64,000 bases of DNA from Lingula anatina. Lineage: Eukaryota > Animalia > Brachiopoda. Every line of letters starts with the position of its first letter. Positions within the stretch are counted from its first letter, which is position 1. Position numbers and translations under genes: made by a program. This document shows positions 1 through 12,877 of this stretch, piece after piece. The notes under the pieces are model-generated. The model did no database searches, was not told where the DNA came from, and saw nothing but the letters and a program-made list of their open reading frames with translations. The DNA lies in NCBI GenBank assembly GCA_051362555.1, contig CM120647.1:4960001-5024000 (forward strand), given 5' to 3'.

Positions 1-741
1 TCTGACTGGTCTTATCATGGACACACACTTAAAATGTGAAACACGTTGATGTGTGTACTCAGTGCTATACCGTATAGTAGGCTTGTTAAGGGGTCAAACG
101 CTGCATTTTATAGTACAAATGTCTAACTTGGCATAAATGTTCCTTGGGCCAAAAGGAAATGTTTTATCCAAAGAGACACGCTCTATCGATGCATAAATCA
201 GCATAAACTATGCAAATTAGGTGCCAAAATATATAATATTTCATATTTCTATTAATTTTTGGTCTAGAAACATGTATAGATTATCAAACCTGACAAAATT
301 AGGGACCGGGAACCCATTTTTGATATTATGGAAGCGATTGATGGCCATTTTGTGCCTCAAATCCAAGATGGCCGCCATCGCCATTTTGAAAGTGGACATA
401 ATTTTGCTATCTTATGTTGAATTTTGAAGCGTATGGTCTATAGTAGAGTCTTATATTTCATAGGTCATTCACGTACATACACATCTCTTAAGTCTAAATA
501 AATGCTTAAAATTGGAAAGTATTATTTTGCAGTCGCTGTGACTCATTCATAAGTTGAAAAAACAGAATAAATCTCATTGACCTCGTTCTCCAAAATATCT
601 ATACTTCATTTATAAGTCTCGGCATATTTTGAATGCATCACAACAACAGTTAGTTAGATAGGGGCCTTATTGTGTCAAAAATGAAAAGCTAGACTTTATC
701 TATATCTGTGAGCTGTGCACAAAACAAACAGAACGCCTTAC

Positions 742-819
742 CTTCTGACCCTTCTCAGCTCCAGAACCCATTACATTAACAACCACCAACAGCAAGCAAA
801 TCACGCGTGGAAGAAACAT
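742..819 (-). CDS. Exon 1 (signal peptide MFLPRVICLLLVVVNVMGSGAEKGQK) of a secreted SCP-type EF-hand paralog; the rest of the gene would lie left of the window
   Basis: ATG at 819-817, 26 codons, then GTAAGG donor (741-736). Clearly homologous to exon 1 at 61235-61321; intron and promoter flanks (~420-1000) also match ~61080-61620 in inverted orientation. Confidence 0.8.
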
Positions 820-1120
820 TTTAATCATCGACTGAACGAGTTAATCGTTTTTAGATCAGCGTTCTATGTGTTCTGTACCGTCTTGAATAAGCGGATTAAT
901 TAAATAGACAGTTCCTTATGGAGAGTTCAAAGGTACATTTTATCCAATCAAGTTTAGCAAGTTTGAGTGCGAGGTTTTAAAAACACAAACTATTATTGCA
1001 TCTTATTGAATACACCATGGCCAATTTCGAATTGCTCTTTTAAGATAAAATAGAGTTTGTTCTTGTATATTGTACTTGAGATAGGTCCACATGTCTCTCT
1101 AAGCTGCTTCGTGAAATGTA

Positions 1121-1124
<4 letters not shown>

Positions 1125-1190
<66 letters not shown>
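1125..1190. repeat. (TA)n microsatellite
   Basis: Perfect TA run. Confidence 0.95.
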
Positions 1191-1191
<1 letters not shown>

Positions 1192-1199
1192 TTGGTGAT

Positions 1200-1407
1200 G
1201 TAGACGTTGGGCCAACTGCCGGATTAGGCGCTACAAGTCAGCATAGCAAAAAAAAGCCTCCACTGCCAGACCAGGCACTTTATCCTTGATTTAACCTCCT
1301 AAGTGCCAAGCACCAAGCGGAGAGACAGCAGGTACCGGTTATGAAGGATTAGCTCGTCGATGCCATGTCCCCCAGATCCGAATGCTGACATTAACCCCAA
1401 GGCCATA
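1200..1407 (-). mobile_element. Degenerate tRNA-derived SINE-like remnant
   Basis: Minus strand starts with a box-A-like TGGCCTTGGGGTTAA. Related sequence recurs at ~3050-3200 and inverted at ~60115-60290 and ~60780-60915. Family assignment is tentative. Confidence 0.4.
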
Positions 1408-2464
1408 TGACCTTAGATGACAACCGACTTATTTATCTATTTATACAACCGTAACTATTTAATTCAACAGCATATTGTCATTATTCATGAGATATATTTC
1501 TTCCCGGCGTCTTTCTAATATCATGCTGGTACGAAATAAAGCATTAGATCACAGTGAACGATGTAAGCGGCACGTAGGCTTGGTGTCTTCATAGACGGAT
1601 GACAATTAGGTAACATAAATGACGGTAGTCAATACAGTGTTATTCAGCCGATAAGCGGGTATTGCGACACGTTGATGGTGGGTTATGCCTGTAAAATTAC
1701 ACGACTGAATCCTTTTCAGGGACATTGTACATCAGAATAAGAAATAATTTACATTGCGTCTATGCCCAATCTCATACATGATTTTACTGGTAATTTAAGG
1801 AGTAACGCACAACGCACCACATCGTGCTGATATTGGATGTCATTATATGTACCAAAACTGATTGGGTCTTACTGTGTATTTGCACTTTCCAGAATGCATC
1901 GAACACGTTTAACCCTCTGACCAAGATAAATGCCAATTTATTCATTAATGAGTTCTATTAACAAACAAAGCAAACCTCAAAGAAGCATTTTTCCCGATAG
2001 ATCGGTTCTGCATTGTAGTTGTTGGTCAGGCTGAATAAATGGTTCCATTAGAATGTGGATTTCTTACAGTTTACAAGATGTGTTGTATCCGGTCGCCCTT
2101 TTTAAATGATGTTTTAAAAGTAGGTCGTGTATTAAGAACAAATAAGATCCTTCATCAAATAAGAATCGTTGTTTTTAATATTTTAATATTTGGCTGAAAT
2201 ACGTTAAAATTGGCCTTACATGTTTTCAATAGTGCCATAAAATTAAATAATCTTTCCTCCTTCCGACCTAAGAAAATTTTTTAAAAAATCATGAAATTGC
2301 TTTAGAAATTGCGAGTAATTAAAAAAAATGCTGTTGGACTGCAACATTTAAAAAAAGCAAAATTGAGTATGTTATCATCGGACTATTTAAGAACCATGCA
2401 CCGATGTTCTTTTATTATTCAATTAAATGTCACATTTATTTGAAAGTTAAATGTCTTATCAATA

Positions 2465-2650
2465 TCAGACTTCGAAACACGAGAGATCATCCTTTCGGTT
2501 GTGAAAATAATCATGAGCTGCTTTCAGGAACTCTTCCTTCTCGAAGCTACCGTTTTGGTTCCCATTGATACAATTCATAAAAGACTCGTCGATCCCTTCT
2601 TGAACGTTAAAATCATGACAAAATATTTTGTGTTGTTGAACACCGAGTTT
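2465..2650 (-). pseudogene. 3' fragment of SCP-type EF-hand gene (EF4 and C-terminus), internally deleted paralog
   Basis: QHKIFCHDFNVQEGIDESFMNCINGNQNGSFEKEEFLKAAHDYFHNRKDDLSCFEV* aligns with the C-terminus of 62754-63281. It is fused directly to sequence homologous to the far-upstream region 59870-60770, with no exon 1 or splice acceptor. Confidence 0.85.
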
Positions 2651-4187
2651 TATTTCATCCAAATAAGTTCGAATGTGGTGTTGAAGGAAGCAGTTTAAGA
2701 AAGGATAACGTCAAATTGAGCCGTATCCAATGGAATAACCCAGGGTCAACGTAAATGACTTGATTCATCAAGAAGCGTTTTAACTTAATAAGTTGAGGCA
2801 AAATAGAATGACCGGTGAAAGCGTTATTTCACCTGAGGAAGACACTGTGATAAGGTCGAAATGTAGTGTTGCTCGATCGTTTCAAGTTATATCCAGTATA
2901 TAGATTCATTTTTTCTCTACATCATGGGCACTTTAATATCACTTTTTTAAGACAATATAAATGACTATTTTTCTTGTATACTTGCGCTTGGCCTGCCACC
3001 GTGACATCTTTGACAATATACCTGCAAAAAATTGGCCCTGGTATAGATAGGGTGTAGACGTTTGCGCCTCTCCGAGGTGGATACATCTCAGTTGCCGTCG
3101 CGGCACTGAAAGCTAGGTTATAATAACACATATTTTCACTTTCAAAATACCACCTCACCCTTGATTCAACTCCTAAGTACCCAACACCAAGCGTGGAGAC
3201 AGAGGGTTCATTTAATGGCCTCATTCAGAATAGGTATCAAATGTGGCCGCGGATCAAATGTGGTCGACCCACTTGAATGCTTGTTGAAATCTATTCAGTG
3301 TATTATTCTGAATGAAGCTTTTTATTGGGTCGCCATATTTGATTTCTGGATCTGTTAGTCCACCATTCCAATTTTCGTTCTATGAAAGCGTGCACGTCTC
3401 TGGAAAGGGTCGAAACCAAGTCCTCCACCTGTGGGCACTGACAACAAAGCTATGTTGTTGGTTCTTCGTAGATGAAAACATATTTATCTATTTATTCTGC
3501 GCCTGCGAAGTATTTAATTAAATAGAATATACTCAATATAATAACATCTGATATATTCCTTCACTACACCTTTTTTACTGTCATACTGATACAGAAAAAA
3601 GAACTACAACAGATAAACACTGTAAGTAGCACGTACGCATGGTCTTTCCATATGCTGAGAACAATGATGTAACATTAACGACAGTAATTAATACAGTGTA
3701 ATACAGCCGACAAGCGGGTATTGCAACATGTTAATGCTGGCTCATGCTTTCCAAGAAAACACGTTTGCAAATTGCACACTTTTCAGGACCCGGTTAAATC
3801 GCATTAAGCAATACTGCACCTCTATAGTGTCTGTACCCAATCCCATACATAATATTGCTAGTCATGTTAATAGCTTAATTACGGGTTTAACAGCGGTTAC
3901 GATAAGCAACCAAAGCTGCCAATCTTAATCCTCTTATTATCATTACCACTATGGGGGGCTTGCGTACTTGCACTTAAGTTGTAGACAGCGCAAGCTATTA
4001 AAGTGTCTAGTTTTTTTAATGGCTATGCTGTATGTCAAGGCTGCATGACGTTACAAAATGGCGGCTCCTATTCCCAACTGTTTATCGTGGCAGTGCAATC
4101 GTTGAAATTCAGGTTAAACAGGGCTAACTAGAAATAAACTTCATCAAGTTACAGGAAGGATCAGGCTGCATCCTTGTCACGTTACAG

Positions 4188-4232
4188 TATTATATAAAAC
4201 AGAGCAGATACTAGTTACGTTATACAGATCCA
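4188..4232 (+). promoter_or_regulatory. TATA box and initiator region of VWA-1
   Basis: TATTATATAAAACAGAGCAG...CTAGTTACGTTATACAGATCC, conserved at the same position in all six paralogs. Confidence 0.7.
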
Positions 4233-4260
4233 CCGCAAGTTGTTGGCCGCCGGAGCCGAC

Positions 4261-6021
4261 ATGAAGCGCTCCTGTGCACTTATTCTGTTAGCTGTGCTGT
4301 TGCTGTCAGAGTGGTGTGTGGTTAACTCTATTCCCCAGGGTGAAGGTAAATTACTGATAATTATATTCTATAAATTGTCGCTGAATAGGAGAACGTTCAA
4401 TAGGATACAATATGACATATGACACACATCAATTGATATGTATCTTGACTGTAATAGGGGTAATTTACAGTATAATAGATGATCCGGGTACAAACTGATC
4501 TGCCAACTAAATATGGCCGACCCCGCTTCAAAAGCGATGCCGATAAATCCATGATGATCTCCTCCACAAGCGCCGTTACTGCAGGGGCCTAACAATTATA
4601 CCTCGGAGCTGAGATTTAGTCCGTTTAATGGCGCGTGTGGAGGCGGGGAGACCATCGGGAATCTGCGCCATCGCTTTGAAGTGTGTCATCGTACATTCGG
4701 TGTCTATGTTAATCATTTACTTAGACCGCATTCACAACGAGTTGAGTCATGGCTTTACAAATCTAAGGACTAAATATGGCGAACGTACATGAAAGAAAAA
4801 CCGCCTAATCTTTTAATAGTCTCCCCGCCTCTCACACACCTCCCTGCGGGGGTTCAGTCATTAAATCTCGGCTCCATTGGGACGACACATGGGGAGGCGT
4901 GTGAGAGGCGGATAGACTGTTAAAATATTAGGCCGTTTTTCTTTCATGTAAGTCCGCCATATTTAGTTCTTGGATTTGTAGAGCCATGGCTCAACTCGTT
5001 GTGAATGCGGTCTTAGTTGTAGCCATTGACCAATTAGCAGATCTTCTGTTTTTCTAGAATTATGACAAAATGGACACTGTGATTTCTTGGTAACTGTATA
5101 AAAACAATTAAGTGAGTAAAATATTTTTGCATGTAGGCTAAAAAAAGGGGACTGGAAGGTGAATATATATCAAATAATGATAAAATAAAACTCTGAAGTG
5201 TAAGATAATAAAATGCACATATTGCATGAAAAGGCAATTGCAATGTTTTTTTTTAAATTTATATCTAAAACTGGAAACGGCTTGAGGGTGAATATTTTTA
5301 TAAAATCATATCCTCTTTTAAAAGTTTAACGTCTCTTGTGACTTGGTAAACAACCTAATTGCAGCGTGATGAAAGTCACTCACCGTGTTTACTCGTCGTA
5401 AACTCTTCGCTTACATGAACTACGATATCTGTAATAATTGTATTGAAATATTCTCATGCATAGCCATAATTTATTATAATATCAACTAGGGACATCAACA
5501 GCGGCAAGTCTATCGGGTATTCTACAGAAGATTGTGTCTCCCTGCACTTCCAATCAAGCCAACTGCAAGAACCCCAATTTTGATATTGTCTTCGCATTGG
5601 ACAGCAGTTCGAGCATTGATGATACCGAGTTTAATATGCAGAAATATGCAACAAAGGTGAATGGGTCCTCTGTATTTTTTTAATTAATTAATTTATTTAT
5701 TATTATAATATTTTTTTAGCTGGGTGCTGATATACGTAGTCATCTTCCGTTCTCACGTCAGTGAACTTACCATGGGTTATTTCTAACGTGTTTTGATTAT
5801 CATTATAAGTTATAAAGGAAACGTATGGGGCGAGCATCGGCCCATTATTTATGTGTCTGTGCACAGCTTGGATTAATTGTAACCATGTTTTGGGTAATAA
5901 GAAATGGGATTAGAATGGTTCTTCTTAGGCAGGCTTGTTCGCTAGTGTTTTAAAGGGTGATGTACAGAGCACTTGACGTGATAAAGTCGCATCAAATATT
6001 ATATATATATATATATATAGG

Positions 6022-6086
<65 letters not shown>

Positions 6087-6501
6087 CCATGTATTCTTAA
6101 TATGCCATTACCATAGCTCAATTGCGTGGTATGTATTGACGACAGCTGTGCCTTTATTTCTCAGATGATTGCTGAATTCATCGATAGGCATAGTCCCATT
6201 ACCCCCGATGGAACCCGGGTTGGTGCATTGACGTTTGCCACTGATGTGGTCAGAGAGTTCGAGTTGAATGAACACACTGATTTTGCCACCGTTCAAGGTC
6301 ACATCGACGCGATTCACAAGAGAAGTAAGTCAATTTGTTTTCTAGCGCTCTTTCCTCTCTCTCTCTCTATCTGCCATAAACATAAACACGCGTACACACT
6401 GCCTCGCTCTTTCTCTCCTTCTTTCTCTCTCTCTCTTTCACACGCACGTACACACATACGAACACACACATACATTATTACAAAATCATTTATTTCTCTC
6501 T

Positions 6502-6539
<38 letters not shown>

Positions 6540-7230
6540 CACATACACATGCGCATACACTTACTCTCTGTCTCTCTCTCTTTCTCTACCTCTCTCATGA
6601 ACATAAACGAGCACACACCCACACACAGATATATTTTTCTCTTTGCAAGTGGGAGCTACGAATATAAAAAAGGCTTTGCAGACTGCGAAGCTCATGTTTG
6701 AAGATTTTTTCATAGAAAATAAACAGAAGCTAATATGGCTATTTACTGAAGGGTTGTTTAACCAGGGCGATCCACGACCAACAGCAACGCAAATTAAGGA
6801 ACAAGGTCAGTATATCCCTGAAGCCTGTATTGCCAAAATGATCAAATCAACATTGGGACTAAGGGACCATTCCCAGACCGTCTCTTGCTAACTGTTGATC
6901 GATCTATCTCTAAGGGGATTCTCCCTAAATTGCAAACAACTGAACCGACTTACATGTCTGACACGTCCACTGAAGCTTTTAGGGGGTAATTTATATTAAA
7001 ATTATAGTTCAGCATTTTTAGTAACTTTAGCAGCTTATGTACCTTTTGGTTGAAATATAGTCTACTGTGATCACCTTATCAGTGAATGTATAATTATATT
7101 TTGAATTTCTTATTAAACGCCAGATGCAGTCAACAAAATTTCAAGTGATATTCTCTCTTTTCTGATAAGACTAAAATAGATGTGACCCCTGAAACATGCC
7201 CAACGTTCAACTTCATAATTAACCATTTTT

Positions 7231-7280
<50 letters not shown>

Positions 7281-7422
7281 ATCAATTCATTATCTTTATA
7301 TATTTCCAGGATTGATTATCTGCGTGGTTGTCATTGGTAACCATGGGAATGTAGACGGAATCGACGACATAGCATATCCAGGATGTGTTGTCGAAATAGG
7401 AAATTTTGCAGAGTATATTTAA
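4261..7422 (+). CDS. Secreted single-VWA-domain protein, copy 1 (226 aa, acidic subfamily; C-terminus shortened)
   Basis: Exons 4261-4345, 5490-5656, 6165-6324, 6650-6805, 7310-7422; phases 1,0,1,1 join in frame. Signal peptide MKRSCALILLAVLLLSEWCVVNS; VWA motifs DIVFALDSSSSI, TRVGALTFA, GATN, LIWLFTEG, ICVVVIG. Confidence 0.88.
4525..4682. mobile_element. Old palindromic MITE remnant in VWA-1 intron 1
   Basis: CTTCAAAAGCGATG...CCTCCACAAGCGCC at the left pairs with GGCGCGTGTGGAGG...CATCGCTTTGAAG at the right. Shares the GTCTCCCCGCCTC motif with the adjacent MITE. Confidence 0.55.
4724..5012. mobile_element. PIF/Harbinger (Tourist-like) MITE
   Basis: ~120-bp TIRs (GACCGCATTCACAACGAGTTGAG.../...CTCAACTCGTTGTGAATGCGGTC) and TTA target duplication. 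An empty paralogous site is visible in VWA-2 intron 1 (~10630-10660). Confidence 0.9.
5998..6083. repeat. (TA)n microsatellite
   Basis: Interrupted TA run in VWA-1 intron 2. Confidence 0.95.
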
Positions 7423-7909
7423 ATCACAAGAAAAGCACAGTGATATTTATGCTTAACTTTTCGTATCTTTTGGACTCGCAATAACATCCCCTATATGTAC
7501 GAGATCCTTTCAATGCAGACATCGTTTGCGCATTATGTAAGTCATTGTAATAGAACAATAATGAAGACTAATAAACCACCCCTTTTAAAAGCATGAATAC
7601 TGATCATTTTAAACAAATGACAACACCTTGGTCATCAGGGTGTAATTTATCTCGTGTTTATGTTTCTAAACTTTTTGCCTGGTGCCTGGTGAGTAGAATC
7701 GCAACATTTATTATTTGCTTAATTGTCTATTGACAAGAAGCCATTGCCTGTCGCATTATGATTGAAGGACAACTAACACATCATATAACCTACATGCACT
7801 GAATAACTAAGTAACTAAATACCACACTTAATAGTTCGCTAACTGATTAACTACCCAACCAACTGCATTATCACCGACTGACCAAATACCTGATCTGGCA
7901 ACAGACTAA

Positions 7910-8124
7910 GGCTGTATTCCCAAAGCTTTTAGATCGATCTATTCCCGCGGGGAGTCTCACTAGATTACTGTCAGATATTCCGGCTTAAATGTCCGTCCTG
8001 CCTACTACAAGCTGTAAGGGGGTAATTAACTTTCGTGTCCGCTCTGCTGACAGCTATTTAGCGTGAACCCCCAGGGAGTTAGGTCGATCTAAAGTAGATC
8101 GATCTATTCTCTGGAAATGGGGTC
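7910..8124. mobile_element. Harbinger-type MITE (family also at ~6860-6990, ~8960-9215, 32801-32971, ~40770-40880, ~49030-49140)
   Basis: TAA on both sides; imperfect TIRs with TAGATCGATCTA subterminal motifs; shared core TAAATTGC...CTTA.ATG.CTGACACG..TAC..AAGC..TAGGGG. Confidence 0.7.
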
Positions 8125-8434
8125 TAACTCGATACTAAATAGACAGTAGTACATTACAGAGATATAACATCTTTGTGAATATTAGACCTTACAAAGAAAG
8201 CGTGTAACGTTCATCACATACCAATAAAGGGTGCTAGGACGTATTTTTTCCTTTCTTAAAATAATTGCTCATAATTGCTCTTGATTTTTTTAAGGCATAA
8301 AAGTTGCGCAGGGGAACAACTGGGTGTAGACAAAAGTCAGCAGTCTTCATTTCTTGGTATTAGCTGCATGTGGACCAGGGAACAAACATCTTAATCGTAT
8401 ACTTTTACTTATAACACTTTTTTGCCTACCCTTG

Positions 8435-8481
<47 letters not shown>

Positions 8482-10109
8482 CACCAGCAATTCATCACTG
8501 GGCTGAACTGAGTTAGCAAGGTATGCAAACCCCATTATCAACGTGTCAGGTGAAAGAGGATATTCAGTGGTAAAGGACTGTTGATTCACCAGAGACGCCC
8601 TGATCAAAAGTGTCTTAAGAGCCTGCAGAGACAAAATAAAAGAGTATTATTACTCCTTTATTAGACCATGTCCAGAATGTTGGCGGTCATTTTAGGAACA
8701 TCTTGCTTTCCTACAAAATACCCATACTGACATTATTACGTAATCAATGTGAGAGTGAAGAACTTATCTGTAAACATGCGCTCAGTATTCAGATGGCAAG
8801 GCCAAATTGCAAAACATAAAACCCAACGCACTGCGCTGCCATTAATCTTATAGCAACATGGTCAGAGCCCAAAAAATGTAGTCTCAAAGAACATGTTCAT
8901 GGCAGAAATAAAACATTTAAGGAGCGCACGTTGAGGCATTATGGTCGGCCATGGCTCACTTAGGGACCATTCTCACACCCTATCGTATTATCTGTGGATC
9001 CACCTATTTCCAAAGGGATATTCACTGAATTACATTCAGCTTAAGCGGCTTAGATGTTTGTCTCGTCTACAGAAGCTGGTAGGGGGTTATCAATCATCGT
9101 TTAGCAGCTTCAGTAGGCGTGTCAGACATCTTCGACTCTTAAGCTTAAAACAATTTAGTGAGAAAGCTCTCGGATATGGATGGATTCTGTTAGATTCTAT
9201 GTGTGAAAACCCAGTCATAGATTATCATTACAACAGACAGCTATGTACTTGAAGTCTGATTGGGATTCCTGTGTTCTTAAGGACTTTTGTTCCAATTTCA
9301 TACACTTCTTTGTATTTTGAGACAAACCGATTGCAGGTTTTGGTTCGAGTTGTTCCGCGCTTTGCTATTCGTCTTGATACAGGTTAGACATTGACGTTTA
9401 AATTTGAGGCTTTGCATGGCTTCGCCAGCAATGCATTACCGGAGTGGATTGAGTAATCATTGCATTCAAAACCTATAAATAACGTGTCTGGAGGGAGTTG
9501 TAAAGATGCGGTTTGTATTCAAAATGTAAAACCCCACATATTACTCTGCCATTAAACTTATACCAACATGGCGCAATGTTCTTGTCATCCTTTGTATTTC
9601 ACTCAAAGCCATGTTTATTTATTTTCTAACAAGGCGCCGGGCGCAATAATTGTCTCATTTTTCTCCTCAGTTGTAGGTTTGTCAAAACCTTGTTGTCTCA
9701 AAGAACATGTTCATGGCAGAAATCAAACATTTAACGAGCGCACTTTGAGGCATCATGGGTCACAAGGGCTGCATTTAGACTGTCATTACAACATACAGCT
9801 ATTTCCTTCAAGTCAACTTTGAAGTTCCTGTTCTTGAGGAATTTTGTCCCAATATCATACATTTCTGTGTATTTTCAGACAAAGAAATTGCAAGAATTGG
9901 ATCTAGACTTACCACGCTTTTAAATTGGTTTTGATACAGGTTTGCCATTTATTATTATTATTTTTTTTTTAATCTGGAGCGCAAGGATAGTCTTGGGGAA
10001 GCTATGTTTAAACGTGGCCGATAAGTCTACTTATTTCCCCTCAATTAACACAAAAGTCACATATGATACCTTGTACTAGACTACCATTAAATTCGTCTTT
10101 GGCGGTTAC

Positions 10110-10212
10110 ATTGGCCATTGGCAATAACAACACAATAGGTGTGCCAGCAGCGCATCCGTTCTTACTATTATATAAGACAGAGCAGCTACTAGTTACGTTA
10201 CGTTATACAGAT
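10110..10212 (+). promoter_or_regulatory. Core promoter of VWA-2: double inverted CCAAT (ATTGGCCATTGG) and TATATAA at 10169
   Basis: The same block precedes copies 3-6 (TATATAA at 17821, 25560, 37862, 46112), 55-70 nt upstream of the ATG. Confidence 0.7.
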
Positions 10213-10227
10213 TACACTGGAACCGAT

Positions 10228-12448
10228 ATGAAGAGATTCTGGGCACTCATTCTGGCTGCTGCTTTGTTGCTGAACGAGTGGTGTGTGGTTAACTCTGTTC
10301 CCCGGAGGAATGGTAAGTTATTGATAATTGCATTCCATAAACTGTCAATTAATAGGAAAACGTTTAATATGATAAACCGTGTACCTTGACTGTTATACTT
10401 GATAGAAAAGTTTGCATCTATACCCCACCTTTGCAATATTTCTCAGTATATGTATATTTTTTTCGGTACAGTTTCATAAAAAATACTGATACCCAATTAC
10501 GTATATATTATAATACGCGTTAAATGCAGAAGTAATATAAATTCATGGTATATACTGGCTTACTGAACAATGCACAAATTTCTTGTAAAAGACTGATAAG
10601 GAAATATTCGTGCATTAGGTATCACTGTTAGTCATTTACTTCGTTGTAGCCATTGATACATTTTGCATATAGATTATTTTCCCTAAATAATGACAAAATG
10701 GACAACGTGATTTCTTTGTACACCGTAACTGTATGGTAACACTTACGTGATTACAAGATGTTTTTGCATGTACGCTCTCTATCTCTTAAAAAGGGGAGTA
10801 AGATTTGAAAACAAAATCCATATATTGCATACAAAGGGAATCAGAATCTTTCTATTTTTAATTTAGAGTTCCAACTGGAAGTAGCTAGAGGGCAAATACT
10901 TAAACCAATCTCTTACTTCTTTAAAAATAATAATAAAGAAAAAAAAATATATCTTGCGACTTGGTTAATATGTAAAGCCATGTACTCATTGCGTTTACTC
11001 ATCGGAAACTGTTCGCTTACTATGATATCTTTAAAAATTGTATCGCAACTGTATTGCATTTATCACTATTATTTAACATACTATCAACAAGGGACATCAA
11101 CGACGGCAAGTGAGCTTTCGGGTATTTTAAAGAAGATTGTGTTTCCCTGTACCACCGAGCAAACCAACTGCAACAACCCTGATCTCGATATTGTCTTCGC
11201 ATTGGACAGCAGTTCGAGCATTAATGATACTGAGTTTAAGGCGCAGAAATATGCAACAAACGTAAGGGTTCCTTTGATAACACAAAATACAATATGTAAA
11301 ATAATTTTCCATTTTTAATTTTAACTTACTTTTACTTTGAATTTAATATAAAAAAAAATCCAAAGAAACTTAGTTTCCCTGTTCCGGATACCGTTCCCAC
11401 ATGTCAGTGATCTTACCATGGGCTATTTCTAATGTGTTATAATTATTATAATACGAAATAAAAGAAACACCTGGGGCGGGCATCGTGCCATTTTTATTTT
11501 GAGCAATTAGATGTTGGATGAAAATGGTTGGCTTATTATATACGTGCTTTTTAGGCATTATGCACAGTGTACAAAGTGAGATAAATAAAGCCACATTACA
11601 CAACTTGTTAAAATTAAGTCTTTTAGTTTGACACGATAACGTTAACATATTTCATTTCATGTATTCTTGATATGCCATCTTTGTAGTTAAACTGTGAATG
11701 TATTGAATAAATTGAAAATAAACATGTCTTTTTTTTTCTCAGATGATTGCTGAATTCATCGATAGGCATAGTCCCATTGCCCCCGATGGAACCCGGGTTG
11801 GTGCATTGACGTTTGCCACTGATGTGGTGAGAGAGTTCGAGCTGAATGAACACACTGGTTTGGAATCTGTTCAAGGTTACATTGACGTGATTGGTAGAAG
11901 AAGTAAGTGAATCTCTTTTTTCGCCCTCTTTCTTCTCTCTTTCTCACTTTCTCTCATTGTCGGCCTACCTGTCTCCTTCACTCACATTCATACACACATA
12001 TTACATTATTACAAATTTCATTTTTACAATCATTTGTTTTTCTATTTACAAGTGGGAGGTACAAACACAAAACTGGCTTTGGAGACTGCGCAGCTCATGT
12101 TTGAAGATATGTTCTTAGAGGAAAGCTGGAAGCTAATCTGGCTATATACTGACAGTGTGTTTAACCTGGGCGATCCTCGACCAAGAGCAACAAGTATTAA
12201 AAAACAAGGCTAGTATATACCTAGAGTTTGTATTGTCAAAACGATCAAATCAACAGTCAGTCTAAGTCAAGACATGCGTAACTCTAACCGGACTAAGATG
12301 TTGTTTCGCAAATTATTAGAAATGTTGTGGGTCAATCGTTCTGTAAAGGCCCAGTGACCAATATTGTAGTTAACTTTTTCCGTACATGTACCTGATATTC
12401 TTCACTTCATGTTTAAAATATAGAACATTATGATCATCTTATTAATGA

Positions 12449-12495
<47 letters not shown>

Positions 12496-12877
12496 ATTTT
12501 CATTTTTTTAATCCACATTTTGTTGAAATGAAACAACAAATACAATCAGCCTATTTTCAGGTTTTCAGTTCTCTTATTTGATAAGGTCATTATTGATGTG
12601 ACCCTTGAAACAGGTCCACAGTTCAAATTAATATAATAAAGTTGTTTGGATAATTTATATTTTCTGTCGCCTTTATCTATCAGTTCATTTTCTATATTTA
12701 TTTACAGGATGGATTATCTGCGTGGTTGTTATTGGTAACCATGAGAATGTAGATGGAATCGACGACATAGCATCTCCAGGATGTGTTGTCAAATTTGGGA
12801 GTTTTACAGAGTACGCAAAAGTCGCAAAAAAGGCTCAGGGCCCAGATCAGTTTGATGAATTTGGTTACCAAGGATAA
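10228..12877 (+). CDS. Secreted single-VWA-domain protein, copy 2 (246 aa, acidic subfamily; intron 4 has a GC donor)
   Basis: Exons 10228-10312, 11092-11261, 11743-11902, 12053-12208, 12708-12877. Signal MKRFWALILAAALLLNEWCVVNS; DIVFALDSSSSI, GGTN, LYTDS; ends AQGPDQFDEFGYQG*. Confidence 0.85.

Noticed and set aside
6325-6649. SLSL/THTH, poly-Ile, poly-Lys and CVCV ORF extensions here and elsewhere
   Set aside because: Translations of intronic or intergenic microsatellites beyond the splice donors.
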